From: a virus
Strand: one strand, 5' to 3'
IMG/VR virus record: IMGVR_UViG_3300036830_000438
Location: 3,156-67,155 of that record
Length of the DNA stretch: 64,000 bases
Below the pieces are notes generated by a model. It was given only the letters and a program-made list of their open reading frames with translations. It was not told the origin of the DNA and ran no database searches. The first letter of the stretch is position 1. Every line of letters begins with the position of its first letter. The translations under genes and the position numbers were made by a program. Positions 48,743 to 58,353 of this stretch are shown here, piece after piece.

Positions 48743-49233
48743 GCGACACCCTGTTTCACGAGGTAACGAATCGCCGCGCCCGTGACGCCGTAGCGATTTC
48801 CGATTTGTCGAAACGTCAGTCCGTTTGCCCGAAGCTGCCGCGCCTCGGCGCGTTGCACGTTCGTCAGCTTCGCGAAGCCGTTGTCCTCCCCCACGTGACG
48901 GACGCCGACGACGTACCGATCGCGGTCGATCATGTCCTTCACGTTGTCGGCGCGCGTACCCTCGTAGAGGTGGTCGGGGCGTACGCAGACGCGGTTGTCA
49001 CAGCGGTGCAACGCGCACGGCTCCGGCCAACGCCCGTGCGCGAGAAAGAATGAAACGCGATGCGCCCTCAACCATCGGCTGCGACGGCCGCCTTCGAGGA
49101 TGAGCCCGTAGCCCGAATCGTTCTTGTTCCCGATCCACTCCCAACACGGCCCGAGGTTGGCGACGACGACAGGCCCCGTCTTGTTGACGTGCAGCCAGAA
49201 CCGATCCGCAAGCGGGGTGCGCGGGCGAGCCAT
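48739..49233 (-). CDS. HNH homing endonuclease
   Basis: RFW..V.K...CWEW.G...GYG...AHRVS...LHRCDN..CVRPDHL..GT..DN signature. Confidence 0.9.
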   Translation of the reverse strand: MARPRTPLADRFWLHVNKTGPVVVANLGPCWEWIGNKNDSGYGLILEGGRRSRWLRAHRVSFFLAHGRWPEPCALHRCDNRVCVRPDHLYEGTRADNVKDMIDRDRYVVGVRHVGEDNGFAKLTNVQRAEARQLRANGLTFRQIGNRYGVTGAAIRYLVKQGVA

Positions 49234-50537
49234 CAGGCAGCCCCCTGGGTGTCATCGATAGACGCGGTGAGAAGCGCTTCGAGAGTCGGTTTCGGTGGCG
49301 GAACGTTCATCTCGTCGGCTCGATGGACGCGGTGCTCGACCTCGTCGACGATGCGCACGCCATGGGCGCCGTCGACGCGCGCCATGAGTGCGCGCATCTT
49401 TCCCGCGGCGGTCCCGCGTACGCTCTGCTGTTTGACGACGTCCTCGACGGCGCCCTTCGAGATGCGAACCGCGCCGTACGCCGCGTCGCCGAGCTCTTCG
49501 AGCAACACCGGTAGCGCGAGCTTCGGTACGAGTTCGCGCGACTTGCTCGTCACGGGGCCCCAGACGAAACCGTTGCCGAGATCGATGGCCCGTCCGTCGG
49601 CGTCGACCTCCTCTTTCAGGAACTCGCGCAGCCGATCGACGAACCTGGACATGTCCTTCAACGCGAGCGCGAGAGCTCGCTTCTGTTCGGGCGTCGCCCG
49701 CGACGGAAAAAGCGGGTGCGGATCGTTCGCGACGGCTTTGATGAGTGCGATCTTCGTCGGGCACGCGAGTCGCGCGCGGCAGAACTGGCACCACGGTCCC
49801 TCGCGATACGCGAGCGGGGTTCCCGCGAGATGCGCCCCCCAAGCCGCTACCTTCCCAGCGCGCGCGTTTCGCAGGCGTTGCTCGGCGTCATTGCATTCGC
49901 GAGCGCCCCAGGTCATCTCCGGCGCGTCCCATTCGCCCTGACCGGGTCGGATGAAGATGATCGCCGGCATCACTTCTTCGGCGCCCGTCCAGCGCGCCGC
50001 CATGAGCGCGCCGCCAGCCGCTTGCAGGTTGTGCGCGATCGGGGTGACGTAGTCCTCGTCGCCGGATTTGTAATCGGGCACCCAAAGCACCGAGCCCTTC
50101 GGGCAGCGTGGATGCTCGGGGTCCGTGAGGTCGAGCGGATCGGGCTCGGACCACATGACGTCCACCGTGCCGACAGAAACGGCATCGTCGGGTACGTCGT
50201 ACTTCCCTCGCCCGCCGACAACGCGCATCACGTCGCCGTTTTCGCGCATGCAGAGCGCGACTTCGCCGAAGGCGCCGGCGGGCGGAGACCATTCGAACGT
50301 GCGGCAGCGCCACGCAAAGAGGCGCGCCTCGTCTTCGGTCAATGCCCACCGGTGCGCGACGAGCGCAAGACGCTCCATCGCGCTGTCGACTCCCAGCGCC
50401 GCGCGCATGTGCATGTGCTCGTGCAGCGCCGAGCCCATCACGGCCGCGCGAGACGAGCTCTCCACCTGCGGCAGAACCGCGGATGGAGCGCACGCCTCGA
50501 CGCGATCGAGGCTCGAGAGGGAGTCGATCGGGATCAC
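49233..50537 (-). CDS. PD-(D/E)xK (Cas4/RecB-like) exonuclease
   Basis: GSALH, GTVD, DYKSG, Q and C-terminal CQFC.....CP Fe-S motif. Confidence 0.8.
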   Translation of the reverse strand: MIPIDSLSSLDRVEACAPSAVLPQVESSSRAAVMGSALHEHMHMRAALGVDSAMERLALVAHRWALTEDEARLFAWRCRTFEWSPPAGAFGEVALCMRENGDVMRVVGGRGKYDVPDDAVSVGTVDVMWSEPDPLDLTDPEHPRCPKGSVLWVPDYKSGDEDYVTPIAHNLQAAGGALMAARWTGAEEVMPAIIFIRPGQGEWDAPEMTWGARECNDAEQRLRNARAGKVAAWGAHLAGTPLAYREGPWCQFCRARLACPTKIALIKAVANDPHPLFPSRATPEQKRALALALKDMSRFVDRLREFLKEEVDADGRAIDLGNGFVWGPVTSKSRELVPKLALPVLLEELGDAAYGAVRISKGAVEDVVKQQSVRGTAAGKMRALMARVDGAHGVRIVDEVEHRVHRADEMNVPPPKPTLEALLTASIDDTQGAA

Positions 50538-51625
50538 GACGCCGGCTTGCCCTTGCAGTCGGGGCACGTGCTCCGAATCAAGTCGTGCTCGCACATCTCG
50601 GGCGTGGCGGACTCTTGCGGAGGCGCGGGCGGCGCGGGCGGCGCGGCCGGAACAGCAGCAGCAGGCGCCGGTCCATCCGTTGCGAACGTTTCTTCGGGTG
50701 CGGGCGGCGGAGGCGCTGCAGGTTTCGCTTGCTCCGGAGCGCTCGCCGCAGGGGTCGGGGTGGGCGCCGGCGCCTCGGGCTCGGCCGGTGCCTGTGGCGG
50801 GAACTCCACATCCATCGACGTCTGGCGCTCGACGAGCGCTTTGTACAAGGCGTTCAGACGCACGATGTCGCGCGCGTTCCAGAGCGGCATCACCTTGCCG
50901 GACTTCCACTCGAGCATGTCCTGCGTCGCGCGGCCCTTGCTCGCCTTGCCGAACTTCTCGAGCACCTCCTCGCACGCCTTCGGGAGGTTCTTGATCTTCG
51001 CTTCGGCGGATTTACGCGCCGCGGCGACGCAGGCCGTCTTGAGCCAGATCGGCATCGCCTTGTCGATCGCGTTGCGCTGCGCCTTCGACTGGCCGATCTG
51101 AAATTGGATGTCGAGCGCGCGATCCTGATCCATCTTGCCCAGGCGCTGGTTCTTGCGCTGTCGGAAGAGCCGCTCGACGGTCGTTCCCGTCTCGAGGTCG
51201 ATGAACGTCGCGCGGAGCACCCAGTGCTCGGGCGCGTCGACGACGATGTCCACCGGACACGCGCAGTTGCCGTAGTGGCGCATCATGATCATCGCGCCAT
51301 CGATCGAGATGCCTTCGATCGGCTCGTCTTTGTACGTGCCGTTGGCCTGCTTCGCCTTGACGGTCCAGTAGTATTCGAAGTCTTCGCCCGCGAGCTCGGC
51401 CTCCTCCGTCGCCTTCGCGAGAAGCACCTTCAACTGCCTCGGCACCGGAACGATCGCCGCGGTGAGGTACGTCGTCTGGGCGCGGATCGCGTTCATCGGA
51501 CGCACGGTCGCGAGCTTTCCTTCGAGCTGGTCGACGTCCTCGAACTCGGCATCGATCACGTGGTTGCCGTTCTGTTGTCCTTGCGCCGGCTGGCGTTGCG
51601 CCGTCGGCTGTCCCTGCGTCTTCAT
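50534..51625 (-). CDS. Putative ssDNA-annealing/recombination protein
   Basis: IEGISI..A...YGN...DLETG...SKAQRNAI motif; adjacent to the exonuclease. Function inferred from context. Confidence 0.55.
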   Translation of the reverse strand: MKTQGQPTAQRQPAQGQQNGNHVIDAEFEDVDQLEGKLATVRPMNAIRAQTTYLTAAIVPVPRQLKVLLAKATEEAELAGEDFEYYWTVKAKQANGTYKDEPIEGISIDGAMIMMRHYGNCACPVDIVVDAPEHWVLRATFIDLETGTTVERLFRQRKNQRLGKMDQDRALDIQFQIGQSKAQRNAIDKAMPIWLKTACVAAARKSAEAKIKNLPKACEEVLEKFGKASKGRATQDMLEWKSGKVMPLWNARDIVRLNALYKALVERQTSMDVEFPPQAPAEPEAPAPTPTPAASAPEQAKPAAPPPPAPEETFATDGPAPAAAVPAAPPAPPAPPQESATPEMCEHDLIRSTCPDCKGKPAS

Positions 51626-52128
51626 CGTCGGTTCTCCTCACTCACCACGCTCGGCGCGGCGGAGGTGACGTCGTCGACACGGCTGCTAAGGAGGGGGGCA
51701 CCTGCAGCTGCTACCGACGGCGCCACCTTCGGCGCGTGAGCGTTCTGTTCTTTGAGCGTCTTGAGGAGCGCGGCGCCGATGGTGGTCGCCGAGATGTGCG
51801 CCTCGTGGTTGCCAGCGGTGTGCACGCGCCGAACGAGGCTCACGGCGATCGCCTCATCGCGAAGAGCCCGTGGCATCTTCGCGCCTGACGAAAGCGCGAG
51901 GAGCTTTCGCGCGACCGCGATCGCGGTGCGATCCGTGTACGTGTCGGCGTCGAGTGCGTAGAAGCCGCAGGCGACGTGGGCACGCCCGAGCTCCTCGCTC
52001 CACGTGAAGGCGTGGATCGCCTCCCCGCGCACGATGGGCTTGCGGCAAACGCGACAGACGGTGTCGAACGGCGCGGTCTGCTCCATCAACCGATCCGCGG
52101 CCCACTTGCGACGCGTGCGATACGTCAT
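51622..52128 (-). CDS. Hypothetical protein with Zn motif
   Basis: CRVC..PI..G...HVAC. Confidence 0.55.
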   Translation of the reverse strand: MTYRTRRKWAADRLMEQTAPFDTVCRVCRKPIVRGEAIHAFTWSEELGRAHVACGFYALDADTYTDRTAIAVARKLLALSSGAKMPRALRDEAIAVSLVRRVHTAGNHEAHISATTIGAALLKTLKEQNAHAPKVAPSVAAAGAPLLSSRVDDVTSAAPSVVSEENRR

Positions 52129-52316
52129 CGGGCGCACCGTTCGCGGAGGTGCTCACCGATGCGCAAGACGAGCGCCTCGGCGCACGCGTCGTCGCTCGCA
52201 CCCGTGACGGCAATCGAAAGCCCGTCGGGGAACTTCGCGACGCCGACCCACGCGCCAGATCCGTCAGCGCGCGGGCGGATGTCCACCTCGAAGTCCTCGG
52301 CGCCCGCGTTCATCAC
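52125..52316 (-). CDS. Small hypothetical protein
   Basis: Coupled ORF chain. Confidence 0.45.
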   Translation of the reverse strand: MMNAGAEDFEVDIRPRADGSGAWVGVAKFPDGLSIAVTGASDDACAEALVLRIGEHLRERCAR

Positions 52317-52501
52317 GCGCACCGCTTTTCGAGTTGCTCGATGCGCTCGGACTGGTCGCTATACGTGTCGTGGGCTGTGTTGAGACGGCTGAGGAGCTCG
52401 CGCAGCGCGGCCTTCGGCGCTTCGGCCGTCCGCGGATGGAGGGCGCCGAGCGCTGCGTTCACCGCGCAGAACAACTCGTAGTCGCTCAGGCGCGCGCTCA
52501 C
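52313..52501 (-). CDS. Small hypothetical protein
   Basis: Coupled ORF chain. Confidence 0.45.
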   Translation of the reverse strand: MSARLSDYELFCAVNAALGALHPRTAEAPKAALRELLSRLNTAHDTYSDQSERIEQLEKRCA

Positions 52502-52827
52502 GACTCACCCCGGAGCGCGAAACGACCGTCCACAATCGCCCATCCAGAACGGTGGAGCGCGTCGCGATACGTCGCGTCACAGAGCATCCTGCGGAGCTCC
52601 CGCGCTGCCGAAAGGCACGTGCGAACGGTGGCGACGAACATCCCGTGAATGTGCGAGCGCGCTCGAGGCGGCACCGCATGCGCCAGACGCAGAGCGCACC
52701 ACGCCGCCGCGATGAACGCGTGGCGCTTCTCGATCAGCGAGTCGGCGCGTTCGGCAACCGCCAGCCACCCTCGCATCGCGACATACAACGGGACGGCGTC
52801 GCGTTTCGTCAGCTTCGGCGCGCTCAC
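52498..52827 (-). CDS. Hypothetical protein
   Basis: Coupled ORF chain. Confidence 0.45.
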   Translation of the reverse strand: MSAPKLTKRDAVPLYVAMRGWLAVAERADSLIEKRHAFIAAAWCALRLAHAVPPRARSHIHGMFVATVRTCLSAARELRRMLCDATYRDALHRSGWAIVDGRFALRGES

Positions 52828-53093
52828 GCGGCCCTCGATTCCGGCACGCGGTTCCAATCCAGTCGGACCGTCGCGACGAAGCGCGTCGTCGTCGGCTCGT
52901 CAGCGTCGATGCAAACGTCTTCGGCGCGCGCGCCGGAGTCGACGAGCTTCGCGAAGCCCGCGAGCTGCGCGGTGACTTGCGCGACCGAGGCGATCGTCGG
53001 CCCGTAGACGACGAGCCCGACGGACCCCGCCTCGATCTGGATGTTCTTGTACCCCGCCTGCGCGACGAGGCGCTCGAACGCTGCGGCGCGCAT
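52824..53093 (-). CDS. Hypothetical protein
   Basis: TGATG coupling to the upstream gene. Confidence 0.5.
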   Translation of the reverse strand: MRAAAFERLVAQAGYKNIQIEAGSVGLVVYGPTIASVAQVTAQLAGFAKLVDSGARAEDVCIDADEPTTTRFVATVRLDWNRVPESRAA

Positions 53094-53317
53094 CAGACGG
53101 CCTCGGCGTTCGGCGTGAACTTCGGCAGGAGCGACGTCGCCCGGCAACGCTTCGTGCAGACGCCGAGCGGCCCGAACGATTCGAACGTGATGGAGACGAA
53201 GCCGCGCGCTTCCGCAGCGACGCTCGCGACCTTCAACATCGCCCCGTCGTTGCAGACCAACTCGTCGCCGATCTGGACCTTCCCCGCCGCCACCCTCGTG
53301 ATGTGCTCGTTGTTCAT
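53093..53317 (-). CDS. First gene of leftward early operon, hypothetical
   Basis: GGAAGG RBS just downstream of the PL-like promoter. Confidence 0.6.
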   Translation of the reverse strand: MNNEHITRVAAGKVQIGDELVCNDGAMLKVASVAAEARGFVSITFESFGPLGVCTKRCRATSLLPKFTPNAEAV

Positions 53318-53337
53318 GGTGCCCTTCCCTTCACCAA

Positions 53338-53368
53338 GAACCTAGACGCGTATAAGTTATTAGTCAAC
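53338..53368 (-). promoter_or_regulatory. PL-like promoter/operator
   Basis: Minus strand TTGACT-17 nt-TAGGTT; 21/26 match to the box at 54365-54390. Confidence 0.75.
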
Positions 53369-53433
53369 TGCCAATGTACAAAATCTTCCACGGCGGGCGT
53401 CGCCCGCGGTTTCCGTGACGCCGATGGGATGGG

Positions 53434-54363
53434 CTAACGCTGGGCCGCGCGACGCGCGCGCTTCGATTTCGGCTCCGCTTCCGGCTCCGGAAGCGTGCGC
53501 GTCGACTCGGGGGCTTTGGCCTGGCGCTTCACACGACGTGGCGCGACTTCGTCAACGCCGATGCGGATGTATTCGTCGGCATGGCGCACCTGCGTGTACC
53601 AGGCCTCCGCGTCGGCAGCGTCGCTCAGGATGCCAGCCTCGATGACCGCGAGAGCGGCGTCCGTGGCGCGCGGACTGCCCGTCGCGAACGCGCGGGCGAT
53701 GCCCTGGCCCCGCGGCGAGTCGTCCTTTGCGAGGATGCCCATCAGGCGGCGACCGGTCTTTTCCCACCACGAATTGACGGTGAGCGCGTCGAGATTGAGG
53801 TGGCGCATGATTCCCGCGACGTCGTCCTCATGGATCGGGATGCGATCCCAGATCGCGCGCGCCATCGTCGGTTTGATGCGTAGCTGTTCGGCGAAGCTTC
53901 GCAGCCCTTTCGCCGATCGAAGGTGAAGGCGCATGCGCGAGCGGAGGTACTCCTCGAGAACCTCGTGGCTCGGCGGCGCGCTCAAGCGATGAACGAGCTC
54001 GAGCGCCTTCGCTTCGACGTCCTCCGATGTGATCGCGGCCCGCGCGTCTTCTTTCGGCGGGGGATCGCCGTCGAGGATCCAGGCCGTCCGGTATCCGGTG
54101 CCGGCGGAGATCTTTTGCGCTAGCGCGTGCGTCAGCCCGAGCTTCTTCCCCATGATCTGCGGGATCTGCCCCGGGGGTTTCAGGCCCGCGGCGCGCGCGA
54201 GCTCGCGCCACCCGCGATCGTGCGGCCCCTTGAACCAGCCCATCTCGTTGCAGATCTGCTGCAAACGGGTGGCCCAGCCCGCGCGCTGTTCCTCCGTCGA
54301 CTTCCCCACAGGTCGACGCTGCCGCGACTGTCTAACTACGTCTACACATTCTTGCGCGAACAT
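53434..54363 (-). CDS. cI-like HTH repressor
   Basis: RELARAAGL...ALAQKIS..TG...AWILDG XRE-type HTH plus a second HTH-like segment; divergent from cro-like gene. Start may be 54309. Confidence 0.7.
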   Translation of the reverse strand: MFAQECVDVVRQSRQRRPVGKSTEEQRAGWATRLQQICNEMGWFKGPHDRGWRELARAAGLKPPGQIPQIMGKKLGLTHALAQKISAGTGYRTAWILDGDPPPKEDARAAITSEDVEAKALELVHRLSAPPSHEVLEEYLRSRMRLHLRSAKGLRSFAEQLRIKPTMARAIWDRIPIHEDDVAGIMRHLNLDALTVNSWWEKTGRRLMGILAKDDSPRGQGIARAFATGSPRATDAALAVIEAGILSDAADAEAWYTQVRHADEYIRIGVDEVAPRRVKRQAKAPESTRTLPEPEAEPKSKRARRAAQR

Positions 54364-54364
54364 G

Positions 54365-54396
54365 GTTGACTAAGTTTTCATACGCGTCTACATACT
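54365..54396 (+). promoter_or_regulatory. PR-like promoter/operator
   Basis: GTTGACTAA-N6-ATACGCGTCTA; TTGACT -35 box; extra GTCTA copies at 54330 and 54340. Confidence 0.7.
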
Positions 54397-54404
54397 CATC
54401 TGAG

Positions 54405-54710
54405 ATGAGACGCGCTCAGCGTTCGGCTGTCGGGCAGCGAATCCACGACCTTCGTGTTCGTGCGGGTCTGTCGGGTCGACGCCTCTCGAAGCTCGCATCT
54501 CTTTCCGAGACGCATGTGGCTGGCATCGAGGGCCCGCGGCTGTTGGAGCATGTTCGCCCTCAAACGCTCCACGCGCTTGCGGAGGTACTCGGCACGACGA
54601 TGGACTATCTCGCGTTCGGAGCTGGCGAGCCGCCGAGCGACCGCACGTTGACGATCGCGGTCGCGCGCGCCCAAAGGCAGTTCAAGCTCCAGCTTCGCGC
54701 GGCCGGGTGA
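54405..54710 (+). CDS. Cro-like XRE HTH regulator
   Basis: RIHDLRVRAGLS...LS..HVAGIE...LAEVLGTTMDYLAFG. Confidence 0.85.
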   Translation: MRRAQRSAVGQRIHDLRVRAGLSGRRLSKLASLSETHVAGIEGPRLLEHVRPQTLHALAEVLGTTMDYLAFGAGEPPSDRTLTIAVARAQRQFKLQLRAAG

Positions 54711-54713
54711 CCA

Positions 54714-54935
54714 GTGGCCGCTCCGCCCAACTTCGTCGGCGCCTCTGCGCGTCACCATCACGGGAACGTGCGTGTCGACCTCGCGGCCGCGCCGGTCGGA
54801 TGGGGTCACGGCTTCGTGTATTCGCTCTCTCCCGCCGTCGCGCGTGAGCTCGCTGCGCAGCTCATCGTCGCTGCCGACGCTGCCGAAAAAACCATCATCG
54901 CCGAGAAGTCGACGGCCGCCGCAAGCGGAGATTGA
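54714..54935 (+). CDS. Small hypothetical protein
   Basis: Follows the cro-like gene in the operon. Confidence 0.5.
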   Translation: MAAPPNFVGASARHHHGNVRVDLAAAPVGWGHGFVYSLSPAVARELAAQLIVAADAAEKTIIAEKSTAAASGD

Positions 54936-54938
54936 CGG

Positions 54939-55319
54939 ATGGCTCATGGGGATAATCGTGGCTCCGACAAGGACGCCACGAAAGAGGCAGAAACGTCGGT
55001 TTTGCGGACGGATCAACCGTCCAGTGCTTTCCACAACGGCGCGGATGAGCAGTCCGCACTAGATGAGCCTCGCGAGCCTGGCGAGCTTCGCGAGCGAGCG
55101 CGGACGCGTGCAGCGTGGGACCTCGCCGACATTCTCGCCGAGCTGCGTGTCTCGAAGCGGTGCGTCGCCGATCGGCACATGCACGTCGACGAAGCGACGG
55201 TTCGAAAGCTTTGTACGGGCGAGAAGCCGATCGGCGTGGGTGATCTCGAACTCCTGCCCGAGCTCGTCGCGATCAAGCTCGTGAGGCGGGTGCTCGCGCG
55301 AAGGGGGATCAAGCTGTGA
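54939..55319 (+). CDS. Putative HTH regulator (CII-like position)
   Basis: SKRCVA...VDEATVRKLCTGEK HTH-like segment. Confidence 0.5.
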   Translation: MAHGDNRGSDKDATKEAETSVLRTDQPSSAFHNGADEQSALDEPREPGELRERARTRAAWDLADILAELRVSKRCVADRHMHVDEATVRKLCTGEKPIGVGDLELLPELVAIKLVRRVLARRGIKL

Positions 55320-55528
55320 ACGAGTTCGCCATCCTTCGCGCCGACGAGGCTTTCGCGCGCGCGTTCATCGACCCAGCGCACACACGCCGCGACTACGGTG
55401 CAGGGCACAAAGCGCGCCTCGCCGAAGTGCACGATTTCTCGCATCTCGTCGCGGGCGGCGACGCGACTGCCACTGGCGTTTGCGCGCCACGTGTGGCGGA
55501 CGCCCTCACCGCGCGAGATCCACGATGA
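55316..55528 (+). CDS. Small hypothetical protein
   Basis: Coupled overlaps. Confidence 0.4.
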   Translation: MNEFAILRADEAFARAFIDPAHTRRDYGAGHKARLAEVHDFSHLVAGGDATATGVCAPRVADALTARDPR

Positions 55529-56007
55529 TCTCGCTCGCGACGCTCTCGACGTGGATCGCCTTGACGGTGCCACATCTCGTCGATCCGCAAGGCCGTCACT
55601 TCGTCGCGCGGCAACTTCCCGTCGAGGCGCGCGACGCGTTCGCCGTGGCTTGCATCGAGCGCGATCCTTTTCCGTCCGACGATGACGGGCGCGTGTGCGC
55701 GGCGTTTCTCGTCGTGATGGCCGGGCTCGAGTCGGGCTTCTCGCTCCATCCGAACGGCTCGAACGACCACGGGCTCGCGGCCGGACCTTTTCAGGAGTGG
55801 CGCGGCGGCGAACTCCGAACGCGTTCGTGGATTGATGCGACGCGGCACTACCTCGCGACCGTGCGTGATGCGATGCGCGCGTGTCCCGAGCAGACCATCG
55901 CGCAGCTCGCGGGCGAGCGTTGCGGTGAGTCGCGCATCCACGTGGTGCGCTGGGCGAAGGTCCGCGAGCTCGCGCTGATGCCGCTGCCTGAGGCGGTGTC
56001 GCGATGA
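55525..56007 (+). CDS. Lysozyme-like/SLT-type domain protein
   Basis: ESGF catalytic motif and GPFQ motif. Confidence 0.5.
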   Translation: MISLATLSTWIALTVPHLVDPQGRHFVARQLPVEARDAFAVACIERDPFPSDDDGRVCAAFLVVMAGLESGFSLHPNGSNDHGLAAGPFQEWRGGELRTRSWIDATRHYLATVRDAMRACPEQTIAQLAGERCGESRIHVVRWAKVRELALMPLPEAVSR

Positions 56008-56132
56008 ACGACGTGTTCGTGTGCATCGGGATCGTGATCGGCGCCGCAGCAACGGCGTCCTTGTTCGCGTACGCGACGTGCGAGTGGGCACTGCGTACGC
56101 GCCGTTGGTGACCATCGTTGAGGAGAAAGACC

Positions 56133-57077
56133 ATGTCCGAAGAAGCCATCATCGACGTCGAGAAAGTCATCCTGCGCAAAGGCGCGCACCAGAAGCCAAA
56201 GGGCCCCATCACGCACGAGCCGCCGATGTGCTTCGTCGAGATGTGCAACGCGCTCGCGCAAAAGAGGTGGGGCGACCACTTCGATTGCGTGTGCCCGTCC
56301 TTCAGTTTCCTCACGGGCGTGAACGATCGCATCGCGGACGACGACCTCCGGACGCGCGCGCTGATGCCGCTTCATCCGGTCGTCATCGGGACGAAGTCGA
56401 CGAAGGCTGTCGAGCAGAAACGTCAGTGGGCGCTCACGGATTGGGTGATTCGCGAGGAGACGCCTCGTCTCTTGCGGGTCGCCGGGCAAGCTGAGATCGC
56501 GGCTCGGCTCGAGGGCCTCACCGCGATTGTCGACCATAAGTCGCTCGACCGCTCTCGCGCGCTTCTCGCCGAGGCTCGAAAGATTTCCTGGGCGGCGTAC
56601 GAGCCGCTTCGGAAGGCCATCACCGACAAGGTGCAGGCCACCGTCACCGAAGCAGTCAAAAAGGCGGGTGGCGCCGCGAGCGCCGCGATCGCCGCGAGCG
56701 ACGCGAGCGACGCGAGCGCCGCGAGCGACGCGAGCGCCGCGATCGCCGCGAGCGACGCGATCGCCGCGATCGCCGCGATCGCCGCGATCGCCGCGATCGC
56801 CGCGATCGCCGCGAGCGACGCGATCGCCGCGATCGCCGCGAGCGCCGCGATCGACGCGAGCGCTCCCACGTTCTGGGCTCGTGTCGTCGAAGCCGCGCAG
56901 TCCGGAGGCTACTGGAGCGCGTACTACATGGTCCGCGACCGCTTCTACGACACTTTCTACAAGGCGTTTCGCCCGCACTTCGACAAGGCAATCGCCGAGA
57001 AGTTCGGCCCGCTCGTCGAGCAGAACATCGCGTCGCTGCACACGATCGTGAAACGCATGGCCGCGATCACGGAGTGA
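56133..57077 (+). CDS. Hypothetical protein with internal tripeptide repeat
   Basis: GAGGAG RBS; GAH...MCFVE...DHFDCVCP...NDR motif; (A/D)A(S/I) x21. Confidence 0.8.
   Translation: MSEEAIIDVEKVILRKGAHQKPKGPITHEPPMCFVEMCNALAQKRWGDHFDCVCPSFSFLTGVNDRIADDDLRTRALMPLHPVVIGTKSTKAVEQKRQWALTDWVIREETPRLLRVAGQAEIAARLEGLTAIVDHKSLDRSRALLAEARKISWAAYEPLRKAITDKVQATVTEAVKKAGGAASAAIAASDASDASAASDASAAIAASDAIAAIAAIAAIAAIAAIAASDAIAAIAASAAIDASAPTFWARVVEAAQSGGYWSAYYMVRDRFYDTFYKAFRPHFDKAIAEKFGPLVEQNIASLHTIVKRMAAITE
56673..56861 (+). repeat. 21 x 9-bp tandem repeat G(C/A)CGCGA(G/T)C
   Basis: Read directly; in frame with 56133-57077. Confidence 0.9.
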
Positions 57078-57080
57078 TCG

Positions 57081-58190
57081 ATGGGCGCGAAGACTTCGAT
57101 TCAGTGGACCGACGCGACGTGGGCGCCAGCACGCGGTTGTTCGCGTGTCTCGCCTGGTTGCGAAAACTGCTACGCCGAGGGCGTCGCGGCGCGCTTCTCG
57201 GGCGCGGGACTCGCGTTCGAAGGCTTCGCGAAGTTCTCCGGCAAGCGCCGCCTTCCGCAGTGGACGGGCAAGGTCGCGCTCCGACCAGAGCACATCCTCG
57301 ACCCGCTTCGATGGCGCGCGCCGCGGAAGGTGTTCGTCTCGAGCATGACGGACATCTTCCACGAGTCGCTCTCGAATGAGGACATCGCGGCGATCTTCGG
57401 TGTGATGGCGATCGCGAAGCGCCACACGTTTCAGGTGCTCACGAAACGCGCGAAGCGCATGCGCGAATGGTTCGCGTGGGTCGACACGCACGCCATCAAG
57501 GGCGGCATGATCGGGCCCAAGCGCGCGTTCGGCCTCGCTTTCGCGGCGGGCCTGCTCGTCAAGCTCTGCGGTCACGACGTGCCGAAGTCGCTCATGGATT
57601 CGTCGGTGCTCGACTGCCCGTGGCCGCTCCCGAACGTGTGGCTCGGCGTGAGCGCGGAGGATCAAGCGCGCGCAGACGAGCGCATCCCCGAGCTGCTCCG
57701 CACGCCTGCTGCGGTGCGCGGCGTGAGCTATGAGCCGGCGCTTGAGTTGGTGAACCTCGCGCGTTGGTTGCCGACATCGCAACGTCCGGGTGCGCTAGAG
57801 CGGTCGATGGAGGCGCTCGCTCTTCCGCCGCGTCTCGACTGGGTGATCGTCGGTGGCGAAAGCGGCCCGCGATCGCGGCCGTTCGACGTCGCGTGGGCCC
57901 GGTCGGTCATCGAGCAATGCCGCGCAGCCGGCGTCGCGTGCTTCGTCAAACAGATGGGTCGCACCGTCCTCGGCGAGGACAAGGGCTTCGCCGTCGACGC
58001 GTGGTACTTCGGCGACGGAAAATATTGGCGACCCGGCATCATCGGCGAGCACAATCACGGTCGCCCGACGGTGGCGCGCGGCTTCTCCGCTGACGCGATC
58101 GGCTTCACACTCTTCGATCGCTCGGGCGGTGACATGACGGAGTGGCCGGTCGACTTGCGCGTGCGGCAATTCCCGGTGGTGCGTTCGTGA
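57081..58190 (+). CDS. DUF5131 (phage Gp37/Gp68) family protein
   Basis: IQWTDATW...GCSRVSPGCENCYA, FVSSMTDIFH, FQVLTKR, NVWLGVS, WVIVGGESG and FVKQ motifs. Confidence 0.9.
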   Translation: MGAKTSIQWTDATWAPARGCSRVSPGCENCYAEGVAARFSGAGLAFEGFAKFSGKRRLPQWTGKVALRPEHILDPLRWRAPRKVFVSSMTDIFHESLSNEDIAAIFGVMAIAKRHTFQVLTKRAKRMREWFAWVDTHAIKGGMIGPKRAFGLAFAAGLLVKLCGHDVPKSLMDSSVLDCPWPLPNVWLGVSAEDQARADERIPELLRTPAAVRGVSYEPALELVNLARWLPTSQRPGALERSMEALALPPRLDWVIVGGESGPRSRPFDVAWARSVIEQCRAAGVACFVKQMGRTVLGEDKGFAVDAWYFGDGKYWRPGIIGEHNHGRPTVARGFSADAIGFTLFDRSGGDMTEWPVDLRVRQFPVVRS

Positions 58191-58353
58191 TCGACGTCGT
58201 TCGCCGTCGCCGCACCGCGGTCGAGCTCGTCGACGCGGTGGCCGTTTCTGCTCGCGTCGATGCGCCCAAACTCTCGTCGATCTCCGAATCGCGCGACGCT
58301 CGCATCCGTCGTGAAACGCGGCGCGAATTTCAGGAAGCCCGTCGGAGGTACGT

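Noticed and set aside
56673-56861. Possible CRISPR array or DGR repeat
   Set aside because: Contiguous 9-bp units with no spacers. No cas operon or reverse transcriptase seen. The Cas4-like gene sits in a recombination context.
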